In this document: positions 7,350 to 15,319 of the stretch, one piece after another | How positions within the stretch are numbered: the first letter of the stretch is position 1 | Layout: every line of letters starts with the position of its first letter | From: Cytophagaceae bacterium | GTDB lineage: Bacteria > Bacteroidota > Bacteroidia > Cytophagales > Cytophagaceae | Assembly (NCBI GenBank): GCA_035535995.1 | Contig: DATLOZ010000012.1 | Coordinates: 62,326 to 86,325, forward strand | Length of the DNA: 24,000 bases | Direction: 5' to 3' | Notes under the pieces: generated by a model | The model's input: the letters and a program-made list of their open reading frames with translations, nothing else | What the model was told of the DNA's origin: nothing | The model's database searches: none | Translations under genes and position numbers: made by a program

Positions 7350-7357
7350 TATCTTTG
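7350..7357 (+). promoter_or_regulatory. Candidate -7 promoter box for the DUF3667-to-NRDE gene string
   Basis: TATCTTTG matches TAnnTTTG exactly, 27 nt upstream of ATG 7384. No well-spaced -33 TTTG was found. Confidence 0.3.
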
Positions 7358-7383
7358 TTTCGTAAAGATTGTTAAAAGCTATC

Positions 7384-8178
7384 ATGGTCTGTCCAAACTG
7401 CGAAACGGTATACGAAGGAAATTACTGCCCGGAATGTGGACAGAAGACCGTTCATGGGCGGTACACGATCAAAGCGCTAGCTTCCGAATTGATCTTTTCT
7501 GCTTTTCATCTTGAGAAAAAAGGGCTTCCTTATACGGTAAAAGAACTGACGATCCGTCCTGGTATTGCCATTCGCCATGTGCTCGAAGGACAACGTCTAA
7601 GCTTATATCCTCCTTTCAAATACCTTGTGCTTGTTGGAGCATTTGTCGTTGTGTTATCCTTACGTTATGGTTTTTTTCATAGCGATGAACTTACTTCTGC
7701 AGATGCCGATACCTATCAGTTCAGTGTGCTGATGGATCACAAATTATTCTTCGATGGATTTTTCCGCTTTGCAGAAGATTATGCGACCCTACTCAATCTC
7801 GTGGCGATTCCTATATTTTCTTTTTTCTCATTTCTATTCTTCAAAGAATACGGATACAACTTCGCCGAAAATCTTATTCTGAATACCTTTATCACTGCTC
7901 AGCAATTGCTATTCCTTGTATTGCTGGTGCCTTTTATAGAATTTATTCCAGGCATCAAACATATTCTAATTCCTGTATACACTGTAGCAATGGTGGTCTA
8001 CAATATAATTGCTTATGTGCAATTCTATGGTACCAATCTTAGCAATATCTACCGCGCGGTGATCGCAGTGGTTACTTCATACCTGTATCAATTCCCGGCA
8101 AACCTGGGCATGTATTACATCGCACATAATTATGTGATACCATATCTTCATTGGGTTCCTGATATAAATTTACCATGA
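7384..8178 (+). CDS. DUF3667-like membrane protein with N-terminal zinc ribbon
   Basis: ORF 7369..8178 (TTG) trimmed to ATG 7384. MVCPNCETVYEGNYCPECGQK is followed by ...ELTIRPGIAIRHVLEGQRLSLYPPFKYLVLV and multiple TM helices, the pattern I associate with DUF3667. Confidence 0.75.
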   Translation: MVCPNCETVYEGNYCPECGQKTVHGRYTIKALASELIFSAFHLEKKGLPYTVKELTIRPGIAIRHVLEGQRLSLYPPFKYLVLVGAFVVVLSLRYGFFHSDELTSADADTYQFSVLMDHKLFFDGFFRFAEDYATLLNLVAIPIFSFFSFLFFKEYGYNFAENLILNTFITAQQLLFLVLLVPFIEFIPGIKHILIPVYTVAMVVYNIIAYVQFYGTNLSNIYRAVIAVVTSYLYQFPANLGMYYIAHNYVIPYLHWVPDINLP

Positions 8179-8648
8179 GCACTTCATCATTCTTTCTATC
8201 GATAAGTTTTCTCTTCGTTTTCTTTGTCTCTGTAAAAGCACAGGAAACTGAGGCCATACGTATGAAACAATTCAACCTCGAAGACGGCGTAGCCATGAGC
8301 GGTTACGATCCTGTAAGTTATTTTTCGGGTAAGCCTGAAAAAGGATTGAAAACATTTATATTGAAATACAAATCGGTTACTTATCGTTTTGCTTCACAAG
8401 CTAATCTCGATAAATTCAAAACCGATCCAGGTCGCTACGAGCCAGCATACGGCGGCTGGTGCGCATATGCTATGGGGGAGCGAGGAGAGAAAGTAGAAGT
8501 AGACCCTGCAACCTTCAAGATCATCAATGGAAAAATTTACCTATTCTATAACGCTTTCTTTAATAATACGCTTCACGATTGGAACAAAGACGAAGCGAAT
8601 TTAAAAAAGAAAGCTGATCAACACTGGACCTCTTTCACCAAACCATAA
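8175..8648 (+). CDS. YHS domain-containing protein (secreted)
   Basis: The ATG overlaps the upstream stop (ATGA at 8175-8178). Signal peptide present. GYDPVSYFSGKPEKG...YKSVTYRFASQANLDKFKTDPGRYEPAYGGWCAYAM is the YHS-type motif. Confidence 0.8.
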   Translation: MSTSSFFLSISFLFVFFVSVKAQETEAIRMKQFNLEDGVAMSGYDPVSYFSGKPEKGLKTFILKYKSVTYRFASQANLDKFKTDPGRYEPAYGGWCAYAMGERGEKVEVDPATFKIINGKIYLFYNAFFNNTLHDWNKDEANLKKKADQHWTSFTKP

Positions 8649-8652
8649 TGCA

Positions 8653-9069
8653 ATGGTATTACAACCCACAACCAAACAAAACATCTTAAGCTGGATAGCC
8701 CAGCTCACTGCAGCAGCGATTATGCTGCAAACATTAGTATACAAATTTTCCGGCGCCGATGAATCCGTTTATATATTTTCCAAAATAGGCATAGAGCCTT
8801 GGGGCCGTTATCTCACAGGCATAGCGGAATTGATCGCCTCTACGTTACTATTGGTACCTGCATACTGCTGGACTGGTGCCTGTATGGCCAGCGCACTTAT
8901 GACAGGTGCAATTGTTTTGCATCTTACCATTCTTGGTGTAAGCGTAAAAAACGATCACGGCTGGTTATTTATACTTGCGATGATAACATTGTTGTCATCC
9001 TTATTGGTGATCTATTTGCACCGGCGTTCAATTCCTTATATCAATAAATATTTTCCGCCTTATGTTTAA
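8653..9069 (+). CDS. DoxX family membrane protein
   Basis: 138 aa with four hydrophobic helices. LTAAAIMLQTLVYKFSG...GRYLTGIAELIASTLLLVP...TGAIVLHL is DoxX-like. It starts 4 nt after the YHS gene. Confidence 0.75.
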   Translation: MVLQPTTKQNILSWIAQLTAAAIMLQTLVYKFSGADESVYIFSKIGIEPWGRYLTGIAELIASTLLLVPAYCWTGACMASALMTGAIVLHLTILGVSVKNDHGWLFILAMITLLSSLLVIYLHRRSIPYINKYFPPYV

Positions 9070-9130
9070 GAAACATTTTGTGGTTAAAAAATTGTATCTT
9101 CAGTATAGTTCAATTTAAACTATTGCTATT

Positions 9131-9661
9131 ATGAGATCCTTAATTTTTATACTACTTAACGTATTTGCGCTTTCTTCTTTTGCTCAAACCAGAAAGATCA
9201 CGCCGGATAATATTGTATCGTTCAAAATAAAAAACGCCGGTATCAAGGTAGACGGCAGCTTTAGCGGATTACAAGGCACGATTGTTTTTGATCCAAAAAA
9301 CCTGGCGCAAAGCTCTTTCGATGTAAGTATAAAATCAGCCACTGTCAATACAGGTATCGAGGCCCGTGATACACATTTGAAGAAAGAAGAATATTTTAAC
9401 GCGGTCAATTACCCAACAATTAATTTTCGTTCCAAAAAAATTGAAATGACTAGCTCTGGCTTTGTCACCACAGGAACTTTATCAATCAAAGGAAAAACAA
9501 AAGAGATCAAAATTCCTTTCACCTTTTCGGAAAATAACGGCGAAGGAATTTTCAATGGCTCTTTTACTATAAACCGTCTCGACTTCGGCGTGGGTGAATC
9601 CAGCTGGATCTTGTCAGACGAGGCAACTGTTGTATTAGCGATCAAAACATTAAAACCATAA
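9131..9661 (+). CDS. YceI family (polyisoprenoid-binding-like) periplasmic protein
   Basis: Signal peptide, then SFKIKNAGIKVDGSF..LQGTIVFDP......DVSIKSATVNTGIEARDTHLKKEEYFNAVNYPTINFRS...GTLSIKGKTKEIKIPFTF, the YceI signature. Confidence 0.9.
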   Translation: MRSLIFILLNVFALSSFAQTRKITPDNIVSFKIKNAGIKVDGSFSGLQGTIVFDPKNLAQSSFDVSIKSATVNTGIEARDTHLKKEEYFNAVNYPTINFRSKKIEMTSSGFVTTGTLSIKGKTKEIKIPFTFSENNGEGIFNGSFTINRLDFGVGESSWILSDEATVVLAIKTLKP

Positions 9662-9664
9662 TTC

Positions 9665-10180
9665 ATGAATTCAATACTGATTGGGCAAACACGTGCGGTA
9701 TTAAATCAACTCTCCGAAGCGATCAATCTACTCGAACATGCGGAGTACAAAAAACCACTCGACATTCTTTCCGGTTCTACACTAGGACAGCATGTGAGGC
9801 ATGTGATCGAGTTTTACCAATGTATGCTGAAAGGCTACGAAACCGGCGTGATCAACTACGACTTGCGTGTGCGGGATAAAATGATCGAAGAGAGCCGCGA
9901 ATTTGCACTTCAGTGCATCCATAAAATCATGTATGATCTTACCATCGTAGCGCAAAGCAAAACAATTATACTGGAAGTAGCATACGAAGAAACCACCGCA
10001 TTACCTACTACCTTTGAACGTGAGCTCGTGTACAATATTGAACATGCCATTCATCATATGGCGCTTCTCAAGATAGGTATAAAAGAAGTAAATGCTGCGC
10101 TTACACTGCCTGCCGAATTTGGTGTAGCCGCTTCCACTATACGTCATCAACAGCATGTGCACCGTAACCTATCTGCCTAA
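9665..10180 (+). CDS. DinB-like (His-rich helical bundle) family protein
   Basis: 171 aa with spaced His motifs (GQHVRHVIEFY ... NIEHAIHHMALL) typical of the DinB/DinB_2 superfamily. It starts 3 nt after yceI and overlaps the next gene by 26 nt. Confidence 0.5.
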   Translation: MNSILIGQTRAVLNQLSEAINLLEHAEYKKPLDILSGSTLGQHVRHVIEFYQCMLKGYETGVINYDLRVRDKMIEESREFALQCIHKIMYDLTIVAQSKTIILEVAYEETTALPTTFERELVYNIEHAIHHMALLKIGIKEVNAALTLPAEFGVAASTIRHQQHVHRNLSA

Positions 10181-10832
10181 GTCGGGCGGCGATTATATCC
10201 TCACTTCCAACCGCGACGAAAGCACCGCAAGACCCGCCGCTTTAGCGCCTGCTACATATCTTGTTCATGGGAAAAATATTACCTTCCCCAAAGATCCACT
10301 TGCCGGAGGAAGCTGGATCGCTTATGCAGAAGGCCGCGCCGCTTGTTTGCTCAATGGCGCCTTTCACAAACATATTCCTACGCCACCTTATAAAAAAAGT
10401 CGCGGGTTAGTAGTGCTTGATTATTTTGCCTTTGAAAATGTCCGGCTATTCTCTTCGCAATACGACTTTACCGGTATTGAACCATTTACTTTATTATTGT
10501 TGGAAAATGCATCACTCTCCGAATTGCGCTGGGATGGAGAACTACTGCATGTACGTAACTGCAATCCGAACGTACCGCAGATCTGGTCGTCCGTAACGTT
10601 GTACCCGGATGAAATTATTTCTAAAAGAAAAAAATGGTTTGCCGAATGGCTTACAAAAAATTATTCTTACCAGCAAAACGCGATCGTCCTTTTCCATCAC
10701 ACCGCTGGAGAAGGCAATGAAACAAATGATATACTAATGAAGCGACATGGACTGCAGACAGTGAGCATTACTTCTATTGAAAAGACAGGCAAGCAGTTGG
10801 CGATGGTATATGAAGACTTGTCTAAACCATGA
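10155..10832 (+). CDS. NRDE family protein (TANGO2-like, N-terminal Cys)
   Basis: MCTVTYLPKSGGDYILTSNRDE... carries the Met-Cys start and the NRDE motif that name the family. Confidence 0.85.
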   Translation: MCTVTYLPKSGGDYILTSNRDESTARPAALAPATYLVHGKNITFPKDPLAGGSWIAYAEGRAACLLNGAFHKHIPTPPYKKSRGLVVLDYFAFENVRLFSSQYDFTGIEPFTLLLLENASLSELRWDGELLHVRNCNPNVPQIWSSVTLYPDEIISKRKKWFAEWLTKNYSYQQNAIVLFHHTAGEGNETNDILMKRHGLQTVSITSIEKTGKQLAMVYEDLSKP

Positions 10833-10834
10833 TT

Positions 10835-10869
10835 AACATGTTGTTGGAGCTTTTCTCCAACAACATGTT
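10835..10869. terminator. Bidirectional hairpin between convergent NRDE gene and polA
   Basis: AACATGTTGTTGGAG (10835-10849), loop CTTTT, CTCCAACAACATGTT (10855-10869): a 15-bp perfect stem, verified. There are no flanking T-runs. Confidence 0.6.
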
Positions 10870-10924
10870 TCGACCAAGAAAGGTCACTTTCGGCAAGCAC
10901 AAAATCATTCATAATTCAACATTT

Positions 10925-13768
10925 CTAGTGCGCTTCCAACCAGTTCTCCCCTACTCCAACTCCAATTTCCATCGGCACGCCAATATCGATGGCGGTTTTC
11001 ATGTATTCTGCAATTTTCAGTTTCATTATCTCTAATTCGCTTTGATGCACATCGAAAACCAATTCATCATGTACCTGCATAACCATTTGTGATTGGAGCT
11101 TTTCTTTTTTCATCCAGTCATGAATATTGATCATCGCCACTTTGATCATATCGGCGGCGCTTCCCTGGATTGGCGCATTGATGGCGTTTCGCTCGGCATA
11201 TCCTCTCAGCGTAGCATTGCCGGAAGTAATATCAGGAAGATATCTTCTTCTTCCCATGATCGTTTCTACAAAGCCCATTTCGCGTGCGCTGTTCACGATC
11301 TCGTCCATATATACTTTGATGGCAGGGAATTGTTCGAAATACGATTCGATGATTTCAGCAGCTTCTTTTCTTGGAATATCGAGTCGCTGCGCGAGTCCGA
11401 AAGCAGAGATCCCATAGATGATCCCGAAGTTTACCATTTTTGATTTTCTCCGCATATCGGAAGTAACAGCCTCCAATTCTACCTTGAAAACTTTACTGGC
11501 CGTAGTCGAGTGAATGTCGATTCCATTTTTAAAAGAATTGATCATATTCTCTTCCTTACTGAAAGCTGCCATAATACGAAGCTCAATCTGTGAGTAATCG
11601 GCTGAAAGGATCAGATGGTTTTCGTCTTTTCGCACAAACGCTTTTCTGATCTCTTTCCCCCGGTCAGTACGGATCGGAATATTTTGCAAGTTCGGATTTG
11701 TAGAGCTCAGGCGGCCTGTAGCGGCCACAGCCTGGTTGTACGAAGTATGCACACGCTGGTCTACTTTGCTGATCAACGTAGGCAATGTGTCTACATACGT
11801 AGATTTTAATTTCTGAAGCTCACGGTAATCAAGAATATCGGCAGCAATTTTATGTTCGTACGCAAGACGACTCAAAATTTCTTCGCCGGTAGCGTATTGT
11901 CCTGTCCTGGTTTTTTTTGCTTTCGGATCCAGTTTTAATTTTTCAAACAGCACATCGCCCAATTGTTTTGGTGAAGCAATGTTAAACTGTACTCCAGCCT
12001 GGTCATAAATACTTTTTTCGATCACCAATACTTCTTTGGCTAGTTCGCCCGAAAAATCTTTCAACGCCGAAGGATCGATCTTCACGCCTGCGTATTCCAT
12101 ATCAGCGAGTACATCAATGAGTGGGTTTTCTACCTGGGTGAAAAGTTTTTCGAGCTGATGTTGTTTCAGGATAGGTTCAAAAATATTTTTTAACTGGTAC
12201 GTAACGTCGGCATCTTCGGCTGCATATTCGGAAATTTTCTCGATCGCTACATCCCGCATATTTCCTTGCATGCCGCTCTTCTTACCGATCAGGTTTTCAA
12301 TAGAGATAGGAGAATAATTCAAATAGGTTTCCGAGAGAATGTCCATACCATGCCGTTTGTCAGGTTCTATCAGGTAGTGCGCCAGCATGGTATCGAAAAT
12401 TTTTCCTTTTACTTCGATCCCATAGTTTTTTAGCACCAGTACATCGTACTTCAGGTTTTGCCCGATCTTAACGATCGATTCATCTTCCAGTACTCCTTTG
12501 AATTCGTTTATGATCTTCTGCGCTTCCGCTCTATCGGCCGGGATCGGAACATAGTACGCTTCTTTTTCATAATAAGAAAAAGCTAGTCCTACCAGCTCTG
12601 CTCCCACAGCATCGAGACTGGTGGTTTCAGTATCAAAACAAAACTCGCTTTGTTGCTTCAAATATCCAATCAAACTTTGTCTCAACTCGGGAGTATCAAT
12701 GGTATGGTAATCGTGCAATACAGTTTGCACGGTATCATAATTTTTTCCAACGATTTCATCCTCCTCTTCTACTTCGATGATTACTGTAGTTTCGCCTCCG
12801 CCAAATAAGGACATCTGCGATTGATCTCCTTTTTTAGAAGCCTTCGTAGAAGCCTTTGGAGTAGCGGCTGCTGGTGTTTCGTCCGCAAATTCATCGCCGA
12901 TGATCCGTTTTTTCATATTACGGAATTCCAGTTCGTCGAAAAGTGCTGAAAGCTTTTCTTTATCCGGACCATCGTAAAATAATTCTTCTTCGGTAAAAAC
13001 AATTGGAACCTCGCAATGAATAGTGGCGAGTTCTTTGGACATCAATCCTTGCTGCGCAAAATTGATCACGTTTTCTTTTTGTTTCCCTTTTAGTTTATCC
13101 GCATTGGCAATGAGATTCTCAACCGAGCCAAATTCGGCGATCAACTTCTGCGCTGTTTTCTCACCAATGCCTGGAATACCCGGAATGTTATCGACGCTAT
13201 CACCCATCAATCCAAGGATATCGATTACTTGTTCTACACGTTCTACGCCAAATTTTTCCAATACCCTTGCTACATCGTAGGTTTCATAGCCTGTACCAAT
13301 GTAGGAAGGTTTATAGAGAAACACATTTTCGTTGACAAGCTGACAATAATCTTTATCCATCGTCATCAGGTACACTTTGTAACCATTGGCAGAAGCGTAT
13401 TTGGCAAGTGTACCGGCCACGTCGTCGGCTTCGTAGCCAGGAATTTCCAGTACAGGGATGTTAAAACATTTCAAAAGCTTTTTCACCAGTGGAATTGCCA
13501 GCGTGATATCTTCCGGCTGTTCCTGGCGGTTGGCTTTATACTCTGAATAATTATCATGACGGAAAGTATCCTCGGGTGTGTCGAATGCTACGGCGATGTG
13601 CGTAGGTTTTTCTTTTGAAATTACTTCCCAGAGCGTATTGGTAAAACCAAACACAGCAGAAGTATTAAGTCCGGCGGAAGTAACGCGTGGATTTTTGCTG
13701 AAAGCGAAATGCGCCCGGTAGATCAGGGCCATAGCGTCCAGCACGAAAAGTTTTTTGGGAGTACTCAT
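10925..13768 (-). CDS. polA: DNA polymerase I
   Basis: 947 aa. It has a 5'-nuclease N-terminus (LFVLDAMALIYRAHFA...), a 3'-5' exonuclease region (FCFDTETTSLD) and polymerase motifs (LSADYSQIELRI, RRKSKMVNFGIIYG, VMQVHDELVF). Confidence 0.97.
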   Translation of the reverse strand: MSTPKKLFVLDAMALIYRAHFAFSKNPRVTSAGLNTSAVFGFTNTLWEVISKEKPTHIAVAFDTPEDTFRHDNYSEYKANRQEQPEDITLAIPLVKKLLKCFNIPVLEIPGYEADDVAGTLAKYASANGYKVYLMTMDKDYCQLVNENVFLYKPSYIGTGYETYDVARVLEKFGVERVEQVIDILGLMGDSVDNIPGIPGIGEKTAQKLIAEFGSVENLIANADKLKGKQKENVINFAQQGLMSKELATIHCEVPIVFTEEELFYDGPDKEKLSALFDELEFRNMKKRIIGDEFADETPAAATPKASTKASKKGDQSQMSLFGGGETTVIIEVEEEDEIVGKNYDTVQTVLHDYHTIDTPELRQSLIGYLKQQSEFCFDTETTSLDAVGAELVGLAFSYYEKEAYYVPIPADRAEAQKIINEFKGVLEDESIVKIGQNLKYDVLVLKNYGIEVKGKIFDTMLAHYLIEPDKRHGMDILSETYLNYSPISIENLIGKKSGMQGNMRDVAIEKISEYAAEDADVTYQLKNIFEPILKQHQLEKLFTQVENPLIDVLADMEYAGVKIDPSALKDFSGELAKEVLVIEKSIYDQAGVQFNIASPKQLGDVLFEKLKLDPKAKKTRTGQYATGEEILSRLAYEHKIAADILDYRELQKLKSTYVDTLPTLISKVDQRVHTSYNQAVAATGRLSSTNPNLQNIPIRTDRGKEIRKAFVRKDENHLILSADYSQIELRIMAAFSKEENMINSFKNGIDIHSTTASKVFKVELEAVTSDMRRKSKMVNFGIIYGISAFGLAQRLDIPRKEAAEIIESYFEQFPAIKVYMDEIVNSAREMGFVETIMGRRRYLPDITSGNATLRGYAERNAINAPIQGSAADMIKVAMINIHDWMKKEKLQSQMVMQVHDELVFDVHQSELEIMKLKIAEYMKTAIDIGVPMEIGVGVGENWLEAH

Positions 13769-13867
13769 GCTATAAAGATACGAATATTTAAAGACTTTGC
13801 GGAAAGGAATAGGTTTTGAGGTTTGCTTTCTTTTTCCTAATTTTAATAACGTTCAAAAACATGATTT

Positions 13868-14002
13868 ATGACTTCTGACAAGACAAAGAATCCTGAAAAT
13901 CTGAATATCTACGAGAAGCGTTTTTTGTTGATGATGAAAATGATCAAGATTGATAAGATGCTGAAGGGGGCGAAAATTACTCATAAAAAATGGAATAAGT
14001 AA
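13868..14002 (+). CDS. Possible 44-aa basic small protein immediately upstream of the nucleotidyltransferase gene
   Basis: Hand-translated: MTSDKTKNPENLNIYEKRFLLMMKMIKIDKMLKGAKITHKKWNK. Its stop TAA (14000-14002) is 1 nt before ATG 14004. It is below the ORF-track size cut-off and I have no homology evidence. Confidence 0.25.
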   Translation: MTSDKTKNPENLNIYEKRFLLMMKMIKIDKMLKGAKITHKKWNK

Positions 14003-14003
14003 A

Positions 14004-14480
14004 ATGGATGTTTTTGATGAAGAAGTTTTGGCTCTATGGAAAGCGTTTGATAAAAACCAACTGGAATATATCATGGTAGGGGGCTTTGCGACCAATCTTC
14101 ATGGGTATATGCGCACCACTGCAGATATGGATATATGGATTAAGGACACCATTGAAAATAGAAAAAAATTAAACCAATCGCTAATAGATTTCGGCTATGG
14201 CGAAATTCACAATATCGAACGATTAGAATTTATTCCAGGGTGGACTTCTCTTAAACTAAGCTCTGGATTAGAACTTGATATTATGACTTTTTTAAAGGGC
14301 TTTCCTCAAGAACGTTTTGATGAATGCATGCAACTTTCAAGTTCTGCCATTATTTTTAACACAGAAATAAAATTTCTCCATTTTAATCATTTGATCGAAG
14401 CCAAAAAGGCAACTCATCGTAACAAAGATCTTATTGATATAGAAGAATTGGAAAAAATAAAAAACAATAATTCAATTTAA
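14004..14480 (+). CDS. Minimal nucleotidyltransferase-fold protein (Pol-beta NTase superfamily, DUF6036/AbiEii-like)
   Basis: IMVGGFATNLHGYMRTTADMDIWI fits the hGG-x(9-13)-D-h-D NTase signature. The C-terminal HLIEAKKATHRNKDLIDIEELEK is the K..sgR.KD..D motif common in this group. By eye it is more AT-rich than polA and nth. Confidence 0.65.
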   Translation: MDVFDEEVLALWKAFDKNQLEYIMVGGFATNLHGYMRTTADMDIWIKDTIENRKKLNQSLIDFGYGEIHNIERLEFIPGWTSLKLSSGLELDIMTFLKGFPQERFDECMQLSSSAIIFNTEIKFLHFNHLIEAKKATHRNKDLIDIEELEKIKNNNSI

Positions 14481-14489
14481 CCTCACTCC

Positions 14490-14512
14490 GTGTTCTGTGG
14501 CACACAGAACGC
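14490..14512. repeat. Family C hairpin repeat, copy 1 (between NTase gene and higA)
   Basis: GTGTTCTGTGGCACACAGAACGC: stem GTTCTGTG/CACAGAAC with loop GCA. A 21-nt core identical to this one lies at 15297-15317. A partial left half (CTTCCCCTGTTCTG) follows at 14531-14544. Confidence 0.9.
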
Positions 14513-14555
14513 TATTACTCCCGACTGCCTCTTCCCCTGTTCTGCATCATACTTT

Positions 14556-14912
14556 TTAATACGCCTGAATAAGCGATTCCAATGGAATATTTAATTTCTC
14601 ATGCAAACTGCGAATCATCTCTAACGTAAGTTTGCGCTTCCGATTCAAGATCTCACTCACTCTTCCTTTATATCCAATGATCTCTGCAAGATCTTTTTGT
14701 TTATAGCCCATTTGTTCCATCCTAAACTTGATCGCTTCAATAGGATCTGGAGCTTCGATCTTATAGTGCTCGTCTTCATATTTTTCGATCAACACTGATA
14801 AAATATACAACTCATCACCTTCCTTTGTACCAGGACTTGCGTCAAAAATTTTTTCAAGGCGTTTCAATGCCTTATTATAATCTTTTTCTGTTCTAACAGG
14901 TGTTATATTCAT
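14556..14912 (-). CDS. higA: Type II antitoxin HigA (HTH/Xre-type)
   Basis: ORF 14556..14975 trimmed to ATG 14912 (MNITPVRTEKDYNKALKRLEKIFDA...). The C-terminal HTH is YKQKDLAEIIGYKGRVSEILNRKRKLTLEMIRSLHEKLNIP, like E. coli HigA. It starts 2 nt after the higB stop. Confidence 0.85.
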   Translation of the reverse strand: MNITPVRTEKDYNKALKRLEKIFDASPGTKEGDELYILSVLIEKYEDEHYKIEAPDPIEAIKFRMEQMGYKQKDLAEIIGYKGRVSEILNRKRKLTLEMIRSLHEKLNIPLESLIQAY

Positions 14913-14914
14913 CT

Positions 14915-15208
14915 TCAGATTGTATTGGCGTCTATCTTGTCGTATTGAGCATGCGTGCCTATAAAACGAACCCAAACCATTTTGTGGGGGTAATTAATTT
15001 TAACAATTAGCCGATATAGGTTTCCTTTGATATTAAAGACAACCCGGTTGTCGGCCAGGAAGCTTGCACCGGGATAATTTTTCTTAATATCTCCAGGTTT
15101 TTTCCAGGTAGCTTTTGCGGCTTCATCGTACCAGCTTTTCAATTGCTGTTCACAATCTTCGTGTTTTTCCCAAAATTGTTTCAGGGTCTTTTTAGCGATC
15201 ACTCTCAC
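14915..15208 (-). CDS. higB: Type II toxin HigB (RelE-fold mRNA interferase)
   Basis: ORF 14915..15253 trimmed to GTG 15208 (VRVIAKKTLKQFWEKH...). FNIKGNLYRLIVKINYPHKMVWVRFIGTHAQYDKI matches the HigB toxin family pattern. Toxin-first order is typical of higBA. Confidence 0.85.
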   Translation of the reverse strand: MRVIAKKTLKQFWEKHEDCEQQLKSWYDEAAKATWKKPGDIKKNYPGASFLADNRVVFNIKGNLYRLIVKINYPHKMVWVRFIGTHAQYDKIDANTI

Positions 15209-15245
15209 TGCTTTTAGATTTGTAAAAATAATAAAAAATAACAAT

Positions 15246-15262
15246 GTTCCCAAATTGGGAAC
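15246..15262 (-). promoter_or_regulatory. Candidate HigA/HigBA operator palindrome
   Basis: GTTCCCAA-A-TTGGGAAC: perfect 8+8 palindrome, 38-54 nt upstream of the higB GTG start. Type II TA operons are typically autoregulated at such sites. Confidence 0.5.
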
Positions 15263-15296
15263 TAAAAAATATACTCAAAAAATATTACTTCTTCCT

Positions 15297-15319
15297 GTGT
15301 TCTGTGGCACACAGAACAC
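15297..15319. repeat. Family C hairpin repeat, copy 2 (at nth stop / upstream of higB)
   Basis: GTGTTCTGTGGCACACAGAACAC: 10-bp perfect stem with loop GCA. It overlaps the nth stop codon (15319-15321) and probably serves as the nth terminator. Confidence 0.9.

Noticed and set aside
13853-14095. 80-aa minus-strand ORF overlapping the NTase gene start
   Set aside because: It overlaps the well-supported plus-strand NTase ORF and the tightly coupled 44-aa plus-strand ORF. It has no motif, and the plus-strand reading is the more economical one.
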